Below are positions 29,774 to 39,452 of a stretch of DNA of 64,000 bases, one piece after another. Under the pieces are notes generated by a model. The model saw only the letters and a list, made by a program, of their open reading frames with translations. It was not told where the DNA came from and made no database searches. Source of the stretch: an uncultured Gemmatimonadota bacterium (GTDB lineage Bacteria > JAAXHH01); the NCBI GenBank assembly GCA_951812955.1, contig OX638340.1:2368001-2432000 (forward strand). Direction: 5' to 3'. Each line of letters begins with the position of its first letter. Positions within the stretch are counted from its first letter, which is position 1. A program made the translations under genes and the position numbers.

Positions 29774-30880
29774 ATGTCCAGACCCCCATATTCCGACATC
29801 GTGGCAGGCCTGCCCTCCGTGACTCCCTTCGTGGGGCCCGAAACCATCGAACGACAGCAGGGAAACACGTTCCGGGTACGCATCGGCGCCAACGAAAGCG
29901 CCTTTGGCGTATCGCCTCGTGCCGCGGCGGCCATGAGCGATGCCGCGGCGGGCGTCGCCTGGTACTGCGACCCGGAAGGTTACGAACTGCGGTCCGAACT
30001 GGCCGCGATTCATGGCGTGAGCATCGAGAACGTGACGCTCGGCGCGGGGATCGACGACCTGCTGGGACTGATCGTCCGCATGTACATGAACCCGGGCGAC
30101 GCGGTCGCCGCTTCCCTGGGCTCCTACCCGACCTTCGCGTACCACGTCGATGGCTTCGGCGGCAGGCTTGAAACTGTACCCTACCGCAACGATCGCAACG
30201 ACCTCATGGCGCTTACGGACCTGGCCGCGCGCACGAAGGCCTGTATCCTCTATCTGGCCAATCCTGACAACCCCACGGGTTCCTATTACGGCAGCAACGC
30301 CATCGGCGATCTCCTGGACCGTCTGGACCGCGTGCCCTCCGACTGTCTCTTCATTCTCGACGAGGCTTACCTGGACTTCGTACCGCCCGACACCATGCTC
30401 CCCATCGACGTGGACGACCCCAGATTGATCCGCGTGCGCACCTTCTCCAAGGCCCACGGCATGGCCGGCGCCCGGGTGGGGTACGCCATCGCCCACCGGG
30501 ACATCATCCGGACCTTCGACAAGGTCCGCCTGCACTTCGGCGTGAGCCTGGTAGCACAGGCCGGCGCACAGGCCTCGCTGCGCGACCCGGACTTCGTGGC
30601 AGGCGTTGTAAAGGCGGTGGAGGAGGGCCGGCGGGAATACCGGGAACTGGCCGAGGACGCCGGGATATCGGCCCTGCCTTCCCTGACCAATTTCGTTGCC
30701 TTCGACTTCGGTACGGGCGAACGGGCCGGCGCGGTGATGAACACCCTCATCGAACGGGGCGTGTTCCTGAGAAAACCCGTCGCGCCGGACCTGGACCGCC
30801 TGGTCCGGGTCACGGTGGGCACGCCTGATGACCGGGCCGTCTTCTCGGAACTGTTCAAAGATGTGATGAATGGAAAGTAG
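29774..30880 (+). CDS. hisC: histidinol-phosphate / aromatic aminotransferase-family PLP enzyme
   Basis: ANPDNPTG, a PLP-lysine region RTFSKAHGMAG, and fold-type I aminotransferase architecture. 368 aa. The hisC call is based on family resemblance only. Confidence 0.65.
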   Translation: MSRPPYSDIVAGLPSVTPFVGPETIERQQGNTFRVRIGANESAFGVSPRAAAAMSDAAAGVAWYCDPEGYELRSELAAIHGVSIENVTLGAGIDDLLGLIVRMYMNPGDAVAASLGSYPTFAYHVDGFGGRLETVPYRNDRNDLMALTDLAARTKACILYLANPDNPTGSYYGSNAIGDLLDRLDRVPSDCLFILDEAYLDFVPPDTMLPIDVDDPRLIRVRTFSKAHGMAGARVGYAIAHRDIIRTFDKVRLHFGVSLVAQAGAQASLRDPDFVAGVVKAVEEGRREYRELAEDAGISALPSLTNFVAFDFGTGERAGAVMNTLIERGVFLRKPVAPDLDRLVRVTVGTPDDRAVFSELFKDVMNGK

Positions 30881-30952
30881 GAAAGTAAACCCAGGCGCAG
30901 GCCGGGGGAGGCATGGGAACCGGATGCCGGAGTATGCAACACGGCGCCGGCT

Positions 30953-31726
30953 TTGACGGGTATCCGGCCGGGGGAGGACGCTCCAACTGTGGTCGATCTC
31001 GAGTTTTTCAAACACAACGGCTACGTAAATCTCGGACAGCCGTTTACCGAAGAAGAACTAAGCCGATACACCGAACTGTACGACCGCGACCGGTCGGAGA
31101 CGGGGTATTTCTGGCGGCCAATCTCCTTCGACGGTCACCAGAGCGTGAACTGCGAACCGCTGATCTCCTCACCTGAGTTCGACGGGCTGATCCGCCACCC
31201 TTCGCTCATCGGCGCGATCGAGACCATTTTCCAGGGACCAAGCTGCCTCGCCGAGGCCTGTCTGCGTCACATGGCGCCCCACGAAGGCGAACCGGTGGAG
31301 GTCTGGCACCGCGACCGGGGACACATGACCGACCGGCCCTACCGGTGCGGCTACCTCCACATGATGCTCTACCTGACGGATGTAAGCGAGGATACCCACT
31401 GCTTTTCCATATCGCCGGAGCCCTGCGACGCGTCTATCCTGGATACCGAGGAACAGGTAGAGCAGCGCGGCGCTGTCCCGCTCCACGGTCCGGCCGGAAC
31501 GGTCATCCTTTTCAACCTGTCCGTCGTCCACGCGGCAACAGTCCGGAGAACCCCCCACGAACGAAAGTCCGTCCAGGTCTACTACGGCCACCGCGACGGA
31601 CCCGTCCTCAGCCAGTTCACCACCATCCCAACGAGCCTTTGGCGCGACCATTCCGATCCTGAAATGCGTGGATTCTACAGCCTGCTGAACACGCGGTCAG
31701 AGAAGTTCGCGGAGGCGTTCGGCTGA
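30953..31726 (+). CDS. phytanoyl-CoA dioxygenase (PhyH) family protein
   Basis: A WHRD...H facial triad and the C-terminal H/R of the PhyH fold. The start is uncertain: the ORF begins at a TTG, and a GTG 36 nt downstream follows a GGAGG. Confidence 0.7.
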   Translation: MTGIRPGEDAPTVVDLEFFKHNGYVNLGQPFTEEELSRYTELYDRDRSETGYFWRPISFDGHQSVNCEPLISSPEFDGLIRHPSLIGAIETIFQGPSCLAEACLRHMAPHEGEPVEVWHRDRGHMTDRPYRCGYLHMMLYLTDVSEDTHCFSISPEPCDASILDTEEQVEQRGAVPLHGPAGTVILFNLSVVHAATVRRTPHERKSVQVYYGHRDGPVLSQFTTIPTSLWRDHSDPEMRGFYSLLNTRSEKFAEAFG

Positions 31727-31862
31727 AGACGATGGCCTTCACGGATCATTACACCCCGCTTCGTTGAAGGCACACTTCCCGTCAGCACATGAACGGATGG
31801 AAACACCCGTAACGTCAGCGACTTACTGATCGGACGGTTCCTCTCGCATGCGCGGCTTCATC

Positions 31863-32183
31863 TCATACTCGCATTGCGGCCGCGCGCCGTTTGGCAGCTC
31901 GGTTCCTGCGCTCCTGCGTAAGCTCGTAGCTCGCCTGCATCCGCATCCAGTGATCGGCGGTGCCCCAGCCTATGTCTTCCAGCGCCAGCGCCATGTTCGC
32001 GGATACCCCCGCCTTGCCATTCAGAAGGCGCGACAGTGTTCCTCGCTCGCATCCAAGCCGGGCCGCCGGCCTTCGTCCGCGAGCGATTGGTCGAAGTGAT
32101 CCAGCTTGTAGTTCTAATCTCATGCGGTCTACTGGACGCGTCGAGCGTTCACTACACAGCCTGCCTCCGTACACGCTGGCCAC
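31863..32183 (-). CDS. HigA-family HTH antitoxin-like protein, orphan (no adjacent toxin)
   Basis: The C-terminal LSRLLNGKAGVSANMALALEDIGWGTADHWMRMQASYEL matches the HigA HTH core. The N-terminal half is degenerate and Arg-rich. GTG start. Confidence 0.5.
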   Translation of the reverse strand: MASVYGGRLCSERSTRPVDRMRLELQAGSLRPIARGRRPAARLGCERGTLSRLLNGKAGVSANMALALEDIGWGTADHWMRMQASYELTQERRNRAAKRRAAAMRV

Positions 32184-32391
32184 CCAAGCACGGTCCTGAA
32201 CTAACTGTCACTTCCTTGCATGATTTCGCGTAAATAACATTTAATAGAGGGTAATTAACACACAATACACATACTTGATATGGTATATTAGTATACAGGC
32301 ATCATTATGACTTTGGTTTTCGATGACCGAAGAATATACCGGGGTTTCCTCAGGCAATTGTCCGATGAAAACCAAGCCATAGACACAGGAA

Positions 32392-32736
32392 GTGGGCAAT
32401 ATGTACAGCACAACTGTATTTGCGGTGGTGCTGTTGTCCTTGGCCCTGGGCTGTAGCGGTGATAAGAACCCCATAAATCCCGAACCGCCGTCACTCCCAC
32501 CACCACTCCCACCACCACCCATAACACAGGCGGACCCTGACGCATGCAAGGTCGGCCAGACACTTTCACCAGGCGAGCGTTGCAAGGTCGGCAGTGCGTG
32601 GTTCTCCGTTACCGATGATGGGGGTGGTCATTACACTGACACAGGGATACATATCATCGTGGGAGAAAGCATCACACTCGGTTCTTTCATAGTCCGCCAC
32701 TTAGGGGACGGTCGCTGGATTATCGAAGGAGTGTAG
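32392..32736 (+). CDS. small secreted lipoprotein, hypothetical
   Basis: Signal peptide plus lipobox (LALGCSG) and a Pro-rich linker. First gene of the AT-rich island. Confidence 0.5.
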   Translation: MGNMYSTTVFAVVLLSLALGCSGDKNPINPEPPSLPPPLPPPPITQADPDACKVGQTLSPGERCKVGSAWFSVTDDGGGHYTDTGIHIIVGESITLGSFIVRHLGDGRWIIEGV

Positions 32737-32798
32737 CAATAAAAAACTATGATAACCGGCGGGAGTTGCTTAGACGATTTCCGAGGGAGGGAAATACG

Positions 32799-33365
32799 AT
32801 GTATCGACTCATATTGTCCGCGTCAGTAGCAGTTTCAATCTTGGTTACTACGCAAGCGTTGGGCCAGCAGCCCGGGGCGTTCCTGCTGGTGGATCGTCCG
32901 GCGACAAACTTGATGGCTTTAACGGACTCCGTGGCACCGGCCATCCCACAGTCGACCGAAGTGAATGAGAAAAACCCCTGGGCGGCCTTCTTTTATTCGT
33001 GGCTTATACCGGGTGGAGGCCAGTTCTATAACGATCAAGGAAAGAAGGGGCTGCTTATGCTAACAGGCGCCGCTACCGGGATCGGATTTGTGATTTATGG
33101 CATCAATGACAAGCAGGAGGAATCCTCTGAAAGTATAACGCGTACAGCAACGTCGGTTACTTTCTCGAGCCGCTACGAAGAGAGTAGCAATGATTCGGCC
33201 ATAACCATCGGGGCGGCGATCTATCTGGGAAGCGCTCTATGGTCAATGATCGACGCGCCTGTTTCTGCTAACAAAATCAACCGGGAACTACGGCAGACTT
33301 CGTTGCAGATCAACCCGGTCATTGCAGAAGATCTCGCGGGCGTGAGCCTGACACTCAAATTCTGA
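32799..33365 (+). CDS. hypothetical exported/membrane protein
   Basis: Signal peptide, a central TM helix (GLLMLTGAATGIGFVIYGI) and a WLIPGGGQFYN motif. The start is taken at the internal MYRLIL. Confidence 0.5.
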   Translation: MYRLILSASVAVSILVTTQALGQQPGAFLLVDRPATNLMALTDSVAPAIPQSTEVNEKNPWAAFFYSWLIPGGGQFYNDQGKKGLLMLTGAATGIGFVIYGINDKQEESSESITRTATSVTFSSRYEESSNDSAITIGAAIYLGSALWSMIDAPVSANKINRELRQTSLQINPVIAEDLAGVSLTLKF

Positions 33366-33540
33366 TTTCCCCATTCGCATGGATCATAATGAACCGTTTA
33401 CGTTCGCCGTTCACTGTGAGTTGAGATCAAAAGCATAGGGAATTATACACAATAGATCCAATATTGAACCCGACCGACTCGGGCGTACTGCCTTTAAGTC
33501 CTTGTGGGTTGTGTAGAGTGCTGTGTAAGGATTTTAGCAC

Positions 33541-36500
33541 ATGTCACAGCGTTATTTACCTACCTCGAAGTGCAGTTACCGTTTTGCCGTTTACATCATA
33601 ACCTGCGTAACCCTTCTTGGGCTGGCCACCTGCGGCAAGGATAGCCCCACCAAGACCGTTACACCGCCACAACCACCGGCGCCACAGCCTCCGACGCCAC
33701 AGCCTCCGACGACAACTCAACCCGCGCGTATAACAATCACGCCGAGATCGGCGAGTCTGTCCGCCATTGGTCAGAGGATACAACTGTCGGCCACGATTTA
33801 TGACAATCGCAATGTTCAGATCCCAGAAGCCGCAGTGTCATGGTCGAGCAACGATCCTGCCGTTGCCACAGTAGGAGCCCAAGGCCTTGTCACAGCGGTC
33901 GGCAACGGCACGGCCACAATCACCGCGCGGTCAGGAAACGCCTCAGAAACGGCATCCGTGACGGTCTTGCAGACCATCGCCAGTATCGTTGTCTTTCCCA
34001 TGCATAGCACGCTCTATGCCATAGGCGAGACCGTGCAACTAAACGCACTTGCGAGTGATAGGAGCTTGCAGAGTGTAGCCGATGCTGCCTTTACATGGAT
34101 TAGCGACAAACCTGCCGTTGCCACAGTAAGCGACCAGGGCCTAGTCACCGCGGTCAGCAAAGGCACGGCCACCATCACCGCGCGGTCAGGAAACGCCTCA
34201 GAAACTGCAACCGTGACGGTAGTCAGTAGGGACGATACAAGACTCAACCGAGAAGCCCTTGTCGCACTGTATCATAGTACGAATGGACCTGGCTGGACAA
34301 ACAGCACAAACTGGCTGAGCGATGCGCCCCTCGGAAATTGGCATGGCTTGGCTTCGTTTTTCCATGGAGAGGTGGAAGAGGTACGGCATCTTAACCTAAG
34401 GGAGAACAATCTCCAAGGCAAGATCCCACCCGAAATCGGGCAACTGCAGAGCCTAGTAAGTCTGGGGCTCTCCAACAACCAGTTGACCGGAAATATCCCA
34501 CCCGAAATCGGGCAACTCAATGAACTGACAAGCATGGAACTCTCCAACAACCAGTTGAGCGGATATATCCCATCCGAAATCGGGCAATTGCAGAAATTGA
34601 CAAGCATGGGCCTCTACAACAACCAGTTGACCGGAAACATACCATCCGAAATCGGGCAATTGCGAAAATTGACAAGCATGGGCCTCTACAACAACCAGTT
34701 GACCGGAAACATACCATCCGAAATCGGGCAATTGCAGGAATTGACCTTCCTGGGCCTCTACAACAACCAATTGACCGGAAACATACCAACCGAAATCGGG
34801 CAATTGCAGGAACTAACGCGCCTGGACCTCTCCAACAACCAGTTGACCGGAAACATACCAACCGAAATCGGGCAACTGCAGGAGCTTACAGAACTATTCC
34901 TTGGGTATAATTCTGGCCTTACCGGTCCACTGTCTGTAGAGCTCATCATGCTGTCCAATCTAGAGTTTTTTTATATACATAATACGCAGATATGCATTCC
35001 GCAAACATCTCAGTATCTGGCATGGTTTGAAGGTATACGAAACAGGTCAGGAGGTTTATACTGCCCCGCTCCTCATAGAGACTCCCTGATCGCACTGTAT
35101 GACCGGACGGATGGTCCCAACTGGACAAACAGCACGAATTGGAAAAGCCTTGATCCGCTGGACCAGTGGTACGGTATTACTGTTGACGGAGAAGGTCAGG
35201 TTACGGGACTTTCCCTGGAGAACAACAACCTGAACGGAGCGGTACCCCATCATCTGAGTGATCTTTCAAATCTCAAGATCCTCAACTTGTCGTTCAATCC
35301 AGGTCTAACGGGAATCCTGCCTGCTTCAGTGTCGCGCCTGGAACTGGAAGAACTGGAACTGGATGGTACACAGGTCTGCGCGCCTGCGGACACCGAATTT
35401 CAACAGTGGCTGGCTGATATCCCGCAACGTACTGTTACCAACTGTACCGATCTGCGACCGGACTATTATGCATTGGCCGGGCTGTATTTCAACACCACTG
35501 GACAGAACTGGACAAACAACACGAACTGGTTGAGCGACAGGCCGCTTAACACATGGTTCGGCGTGCAGACTAATTCAAGCGAAGAAGTCACGGGGCTGGA
35601 CTTAAAGGAGAACAATCTCGCGGGAGCTATCCCATCTGAAATTGGACAACTACAAAAACTTGAAAATCTGTACCTTTATAGGAACCAGTTGTCGGGCAGC
35701 ATACCCCAGGAAATCGGGCAATTGCAGGAACTGAGATTCCTGGATCTTTCTGATAATCGATTGGCAGGAGATTTACCACCCGAAATCTGGCGACTACAGA
35801 AACTCGAAAATCTGTTCCTTTATGGCAACCAGTTGTCGGGCAGCATACCACCCGAAATTGGACAACTACAGAAACTCGAAAATCTGTTCCTTTATGGCAA
35901 CCAGTTGTCGGGCAGCATACCCCAGGAAATCGGGCAATTGCAGGAACTGAGATTTTTGTATCTTTCTGATAATCGATTGGCAGGAGATTTACCACCCGAA
36001 ATCTGGCGACTACAGAATCTTAGGGCACTGGCTATTCGTGGCGATGCCTATAACCGGGATTCAGGCATCCAGTTGACGGGTATCATACCAGCTGAAGTAG
36101 CTCAGCTGGAAAACCTCGAAACTCTGAATCTCGAGTTTAACAGGTTAACGGGAAATATACCTCCCGAGATCGGAGACTTACAGAAACTCCGATATCTTAG
36201 ACTTGGTGGCAATCGGTTAACCGGGACAATCCCTTCTGAAATCGGAAAACTCCATAATCTGGTAGACCTGATACTTTCTAACAATCGCTTGACGGGGAAC
36301 ATTCCATCCAATATCGGGCAACTTCCGACCCTCGTGACACTTGATCTTTCCAGGAACGAACTGGAGGGTTCCATACCGGCTGAAATAGGAGGTCTACAAT
36401 CCCTTACACAATTGACGCTTAGCAACAACCAGTTGACCGGAACCATTCCAACAGAATTCGCGGGACTTGGCATGCTGGAAGTGCTACGCGTATCATTTAA

Positions 36501-38214
36501 TCGACTGTCGGGCAGTATCCCTGACTCCTTCGGCGATCTGGCCAACTTGAGATATCTGGGACTTACGGACAATGCCAACTTGTCTGGCACGCTGCCCCTA
36601 TCTCTTATCGGTCTGAATCTCGATGATCTGCTGCTCGGTGGCACGATGCTGTGCGCGCCTGAGATTACAGAGATCCAGGACTGGCTGCGGGAGATACCCA
36701 ATAGCCGCGTTTCCCGTTGCGACACCATTAACCTCCGATCTGTAGCTTACCTTACGCAGGCAGTGCAGACGCTGGAGTATCCGGTTCCCCTGGTAGCTGG
36801 TGAGGATGCACTCCTTCGCGTCTTCGTCACGTCCGAAACGGATATGGACGCCTATATGCCCCTGGTGCGAGCAACTTTTTACGAAGGTAGCGCCGAGGTG
36901 CATACCGTGGACATGCCGAGCCAGGAAACGCCCATACCCACGGAGGTCGATGAGGGCGACCTTTCGTCCTCAGCCAACGCACGCATTCCCGGGTCGGTGC
37001 TGACGCCCGGACTGGAGATGGTCATCGAGATCGATCCTGAAGGCGAGTTGGACCCCGCTCTTGGCATAAACGGACGATTGCCAGCGGAAGGACGGATAGC
37101 CATCGATGTACGAGAAATGCCTCCTTTCGATCTGACGATGGTACCTTTTCTGTGGACGGAGAACCCGGACAGGTCCATCCTGGCGCGGGTGGAAGGCCTG
37201 ACTGCCGATTCCGAACTCTTTCGACTTACACGCGATATCCTGCCGGTAGGTGAGTTTTATCTCACCATTCGCGAGCCTGTATGGACTTCGGTGGAGCCAA
37301 CCCCCCACAATTTTGGATCTACCTTTCGTGAGACAGTCACTATACATGCTATGGACGGCGCCGGCGGACACTATATGGGGGTTCTCACAGGGAGCGGTAC
37401 CGGGCTGGCCAATGCTCCGGGAGTAGTGAGTGTCTCAACGCTTGATAACATGGTTATCGCCCATGAACTTGGCCACAACATGAGCCTGGGGCATGCTCCG
37501 TGTGAAATCGGCAGCAACGATCATTTTATAGACCCCGATTATCCCTATCCAGTTTCGGCAGTTGGAGTTTGGGGATACGATCTGCTCAATGAGATGCCTG
37601 TGCAACCTGATACAAAAGAAGTTATGGGCTGTGGTAGCTGGATCAGCGATTACTTCTTCACCAAGGCTATAGGCTATCGATACTATCAAGAAAACGAAAC
37701 TTTGTTCTCCGCGGCATATGAACCACCAGTTCGAGGCCTGCTGCTCTGGGGTGGCGTGAACAGCGACGGTGAAGTTTTACTGGAACCGGCCTTTGTGGTT
37801 GACGCATCACCGTCTTTGCCCGACCTGTATGGGCCGTATCTACTGTCCGGCGAGGATGATGTCGGCGGCACGCTGTTCAGCCTCTCCTTCGGCATGGCCG
37901 AGATCGCAGACGGTGATGGCGAGAGAGCCTTCGCCTTCATCATTCCGGCGAGTACTGAGTGGTCAAACCGGCTTACGCACCTCACGCTGTCAGGGCCTGA
38001 GGGTGTCGCGACACTGGGCGGTGATGGGGGGTTGGAAGAGGAGCCTGCCGCCGCACTCCTGCTGGATCCCACCACGGGCAAAGTGAGAGGCCTCCTGCGC
38101 GACTGGCCGGTGCCGGGGATTACGGCTGTTTCAGCAAGGCGTGTGTTGCCTGAGCCGGGACTGGAGGTTTTTATCAGTTCGGGGGTGCCTGCTCCCGCCG
38201 ACTGGAGGCGGTAA
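33541..38214 (+). CDS. giant surface lipoprotein: 2x Big_2 + 3x plant-type LRR arrays + C-terminal metzincin-like zinc-metalloprotease domain
   Basis: 1557 aa. Lipoprotein signal (LLGLATC) and a PPQPP linker. Two Ig-like Big_2 domains. Three arrays of 24-aa LRRs (LxxLxLxxNQLTGxIPxEIGQL), each preceded by a cap motif ALY..T.GPxWTNSTNW...P...W.GV. HELGHNMSLGH (HExxH....GH) at about 37462-37494. Confidence 0.8.
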   Translation: MSQRYLPTSKCSYRFAVYIITCVTLLGLATCGKDSPTKTVTPPQPPAPQPPTPQPPTTTQPARITITPRSASLSAIGQRIQLSATIYDNRNVQIPEAAVSWSSNDPAVATVGAQGLVTAVGNGTATITARSGNASETASVTVLQTIASIVVFPMHSTLYAIGETVQLNALASDRSLQSVADAAFTWISDKPAVATVSDQGLVTAVSKGTATITARSGNASETATVTVVSRDDTRLNREALVALYHSTNGPGWTNSTNWLSDAPLGNWHGLASFFHGEVEEVRHLNLRENNLQGKIPPEIGQLQSLVSLGLSNNQLTGNIPPEIGQLNELTSMELSNNQLSGYIPSEIGQLQKLTSMGLYNNQLTGNIPSEIGQLRKLTSMGLYNNQLTGNIPSEIGQLQELTFLGLYNNQLTGNIPTEIGQLQELTRLDLSNNQLTGNIPTEIGQLQELTELFLGYNSGLTGPLSVELIMLSNLEFFYIHNTQICIPQTSQYLAWFEGIRNRSGGLYCPAPHRDSLIALYDRTDGPNWTNSTNWKSLDPLDQWYGITVDGEGQVTGLSLENNNLNGAVPHHLSDLSNLKILNLSFNPGLTGILPASVSRLELEELELDGTQVCAPADTEFQQWLADIPQRTVTNCTDLRPDYYALAGLYFNTTGQNWTNNTNWLSDRPLNTWFGVQTNSSEEVTGLDLKENNLAGAIPSEIGQLQKLENLYLYRNQLSGSIPQEIGQLQELRFLDLSDNRLAGDLPPEIWRLQKLENLFLYGNQLSGSIPPEIGQLQKLENLFLYGNQLSGSIPQEIGQLQELRFLYLSDNRLAGDLPPEIWRLQNLRALAIRGDAYNRDSGIQLTGIIPAEVAQLENLETLNLEFNRLTGNIPPEIGDLQKLRYLRLGGNRLTGTIPSEIGKLHNLVDLILSNNRLTGNIPSNIGQLPTLVTLDLSRNELEGSIPAEIGGLQSLTQLTLSNNQLTGTIPTEFAGLGMLEVLRVSFNRLSGSIPDSFGDLANLRYLGLTDNANLSGTLPLSLIGLNLDDLLLGGTMLCAPEITEIQDWLREIPNSRVSRCDTINLRSVAYLTQAVQTLEYPVPLVAGEDALLRVFVTSETDMDAYMPLVRATFYEGSAEVHTVDMPSQETPIPTEVDEGDLSSSANARIPGSVLTPGLEMVIEIDPEGELDPALGINGRLPAEGRIAIDVREMPPFDLTMVPFLWTENPDRSILARVEGLTADSELFRLTRDILPVGEFYLTIREPVWTSVEPTPHNFGSTFRETVTIHAMDGAGGHYMGVLTGSGTGLANAPGVVSVSTLDNMVIAHELGHNMSLGHAPCEIGSNDHFIDPDYPYPVSAVGVWGYDLLNEMPVQPDTKEVMGCGSWISDYFFTKAIGYRYYQENETLFSAAYEPPVRGLLLWGGVNSDGEVLLEPAFVVDASPSLPDLYGPYLLSGEDDVGGTLFSLSFGMAEIADGDGERAFAFIIPASTEWSNRLTHLTLSGPEGVATLGGDGGLEEEPAAALLLDPTTGKVRGLLRDWPVPGITAVSARRVLPEPGLEVFISSGVPAPADWRR
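34380..34900. repeat. about seven near-identical 72-bp tandem DNA repeats (one LRR each) inside the giant gene
   Basis: Units such as CAACCAGTTGACCGGAAACATACCATCCGAAATCGGGCAATTGC... recur with more than 90% identity. Confidence 0.7.
35640..36020. repeat. second block of near-identical 72/144-bp tandem LRR-coding repeats
   Basis: CTACAGAAACTCGAAAATCTGTTCCTTTATGGCAACCAGTTGTCGGGCAGCATACC... is repeated almost exactly three times. Confidence 0.65.
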
Positions 38215-38264
38215 CAGTTGGTTGTCCCCTTGTCGCATTCGCCGAACGTCGAGGATGTTTTCAG

Positions 38265-39332
38265 TCATTCGGTACCAATCCCCTTATCCCATGGAACATC
38301 CGACAGCCAGGGCCCGATCTGGTCCCCGTAAGCGAAGATAGCCGGCAGTCCACCCGTATGGATGAACAGCACCCGGCTACCCGCAGGGATAACGCCTGAA
38401 CGCACGTGTTCGATCAGTCCCGCCATCGTCTTGCCGGTGTAGACCGGGTCGAGGAGCAGCCCCTCCTGACGTGCCGCAAGGGCGATCGCTTCGCGCGCGA
38501 CTTCGTTGAGCCGGCCATAACCGGGCGCTAGCACGCCGTCAAACGCCATCACGTCACCCGCGTCGAACGCCTCCGGCTGTTCGATCATCGCGGCCAGTTG
38601 CTCCGCCACTTTACTCACCCGCGCCACCTGGCTGCCGGCATCGCGTCGCACGCAGATGCCGTACACGGGCACGTTGACGCCCAAGGCCCGCAGCCCTACC
38701 AGGATACCCGCGTGGGTCAGGGCGCTGCCCGTGGGACAGACCACGGCGTCGAATTCCAGCTCGAGGGACCGGGCCTGTGACAGGGTCTCCTCGGCCGCGA
38801 TGACGTATCCGAGCGCACCGATCGGAGGATGGGCGGGGGCGAGATGGATGACGTAGGGCCTGCGGCCCTCCTCTTCGAGCGATTGGGCAAGCAGGTCCAG
38901 CGCCGCGTCCGCCGCGGGCTCATCATCGCCGACCGGGAAGGAATGCAGCTTCGCGCCGAAGAGGCGGTCGAGCAATACGTTGCCAGAAGTACGGTAAAGG
39001 TTGTCCACGTCGGACACGCGCTCTTCCAGCTGGATGTGTGTCTCCATGCCAAGTCGGCGTCCGGCGGCCGCGGCCACGCGGACGTAGTTCGACTGCACCG
39101 CGCTGGTGATCAACAGGGTGTCGGCATCCCGGGACTGCGCCTCGCCCAGGGGGAATTCGATTTGGCGGACCTTGTTTCCGCCCATCACCAGTCCCGTGCA
39201 GTCGTCGCGCTTGATCCACAGCTCGATGCCGAGTTCCGCGCCGAGGCGTGGCGCGGCCTCGAGCGGCGTGGGCGCGTGACATAGCCGGACCCGGGGGAAC
39301 TTGTCGATGGCCTTGGAAAGTCGACTGGGCAT
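38265..39332 (-). CDS. D-cysteine desulfhydrase / ACC-deaminase-family PLP enzyme
   Basis: N-terminal TPLE...L.IKRDD...GGNKVR (PLP-Lys in NK) and fold-type II PLP architecture. 355 aa. Confidence 0.75.
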   Translation of the reverse strand: MPSRLSKAIDKFPRVRLCHAPTPLEAAPRLGAELGIELWIKRDDCTGLVMGGNKVRQIEFPLGEAQSRDADTLLITSAVQSNYVRVAAAAGRRLGMETHIQLEERVSDVDNLYRTSGNVLLDRLFGAKLHSFPVGDDEPAADAALDLLAQSLEEEGRRPYVIHLAPAHPPIGALGYVIAAEETLSQARSLELEFDAVVCPTGSALTHAGILVGLRALGVNVPVYGICVRRDAGSQVARVSKVAEQLAAMIEQPEAFDAGDVMAFDGVLAPGYGRLNEVAREAIALAARQEGLLLDPVYTGKTMAGLIEHVRSGVIPAGSRVLFIHTGGLPAIFAYGDQIGPWLSDVPWDKGIGTE

Positions 39333-39398
39333 GATGGTTTTGCTCGGTTTTCAGATTAACATCTCGACCCGGCCGGTCCGGTTTATTACTCAGGGTAA

Positions 39399-39452
39399 AC
39401 CGGGTTTCCGGAATCGACCGGGTTTCCGGAATCGACCGGGTTTCCGGGTTCG
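39399..39452. repeat. 18-bp tandem repeat ACCGGGTTTCCGGAATCG x3 (the third copy diverged), with degenerate copies continuing to about 39520
   Basis: Intergenic, between the desulfhydrase start and the GH32 end. Confidence 0.6.

Noticed and set aside
30913-31176. 87-aa ORF with an excellent GGGGGAGG Shine-Dalgarno 3 nt before its ATG
   Set aside because: The product is Arg-rich junk. It overlaps the PhyH N-terminus out of frame. The Shine-Dalgarno may instead serve the PhyH gene through a nearby GTG or TTG start.
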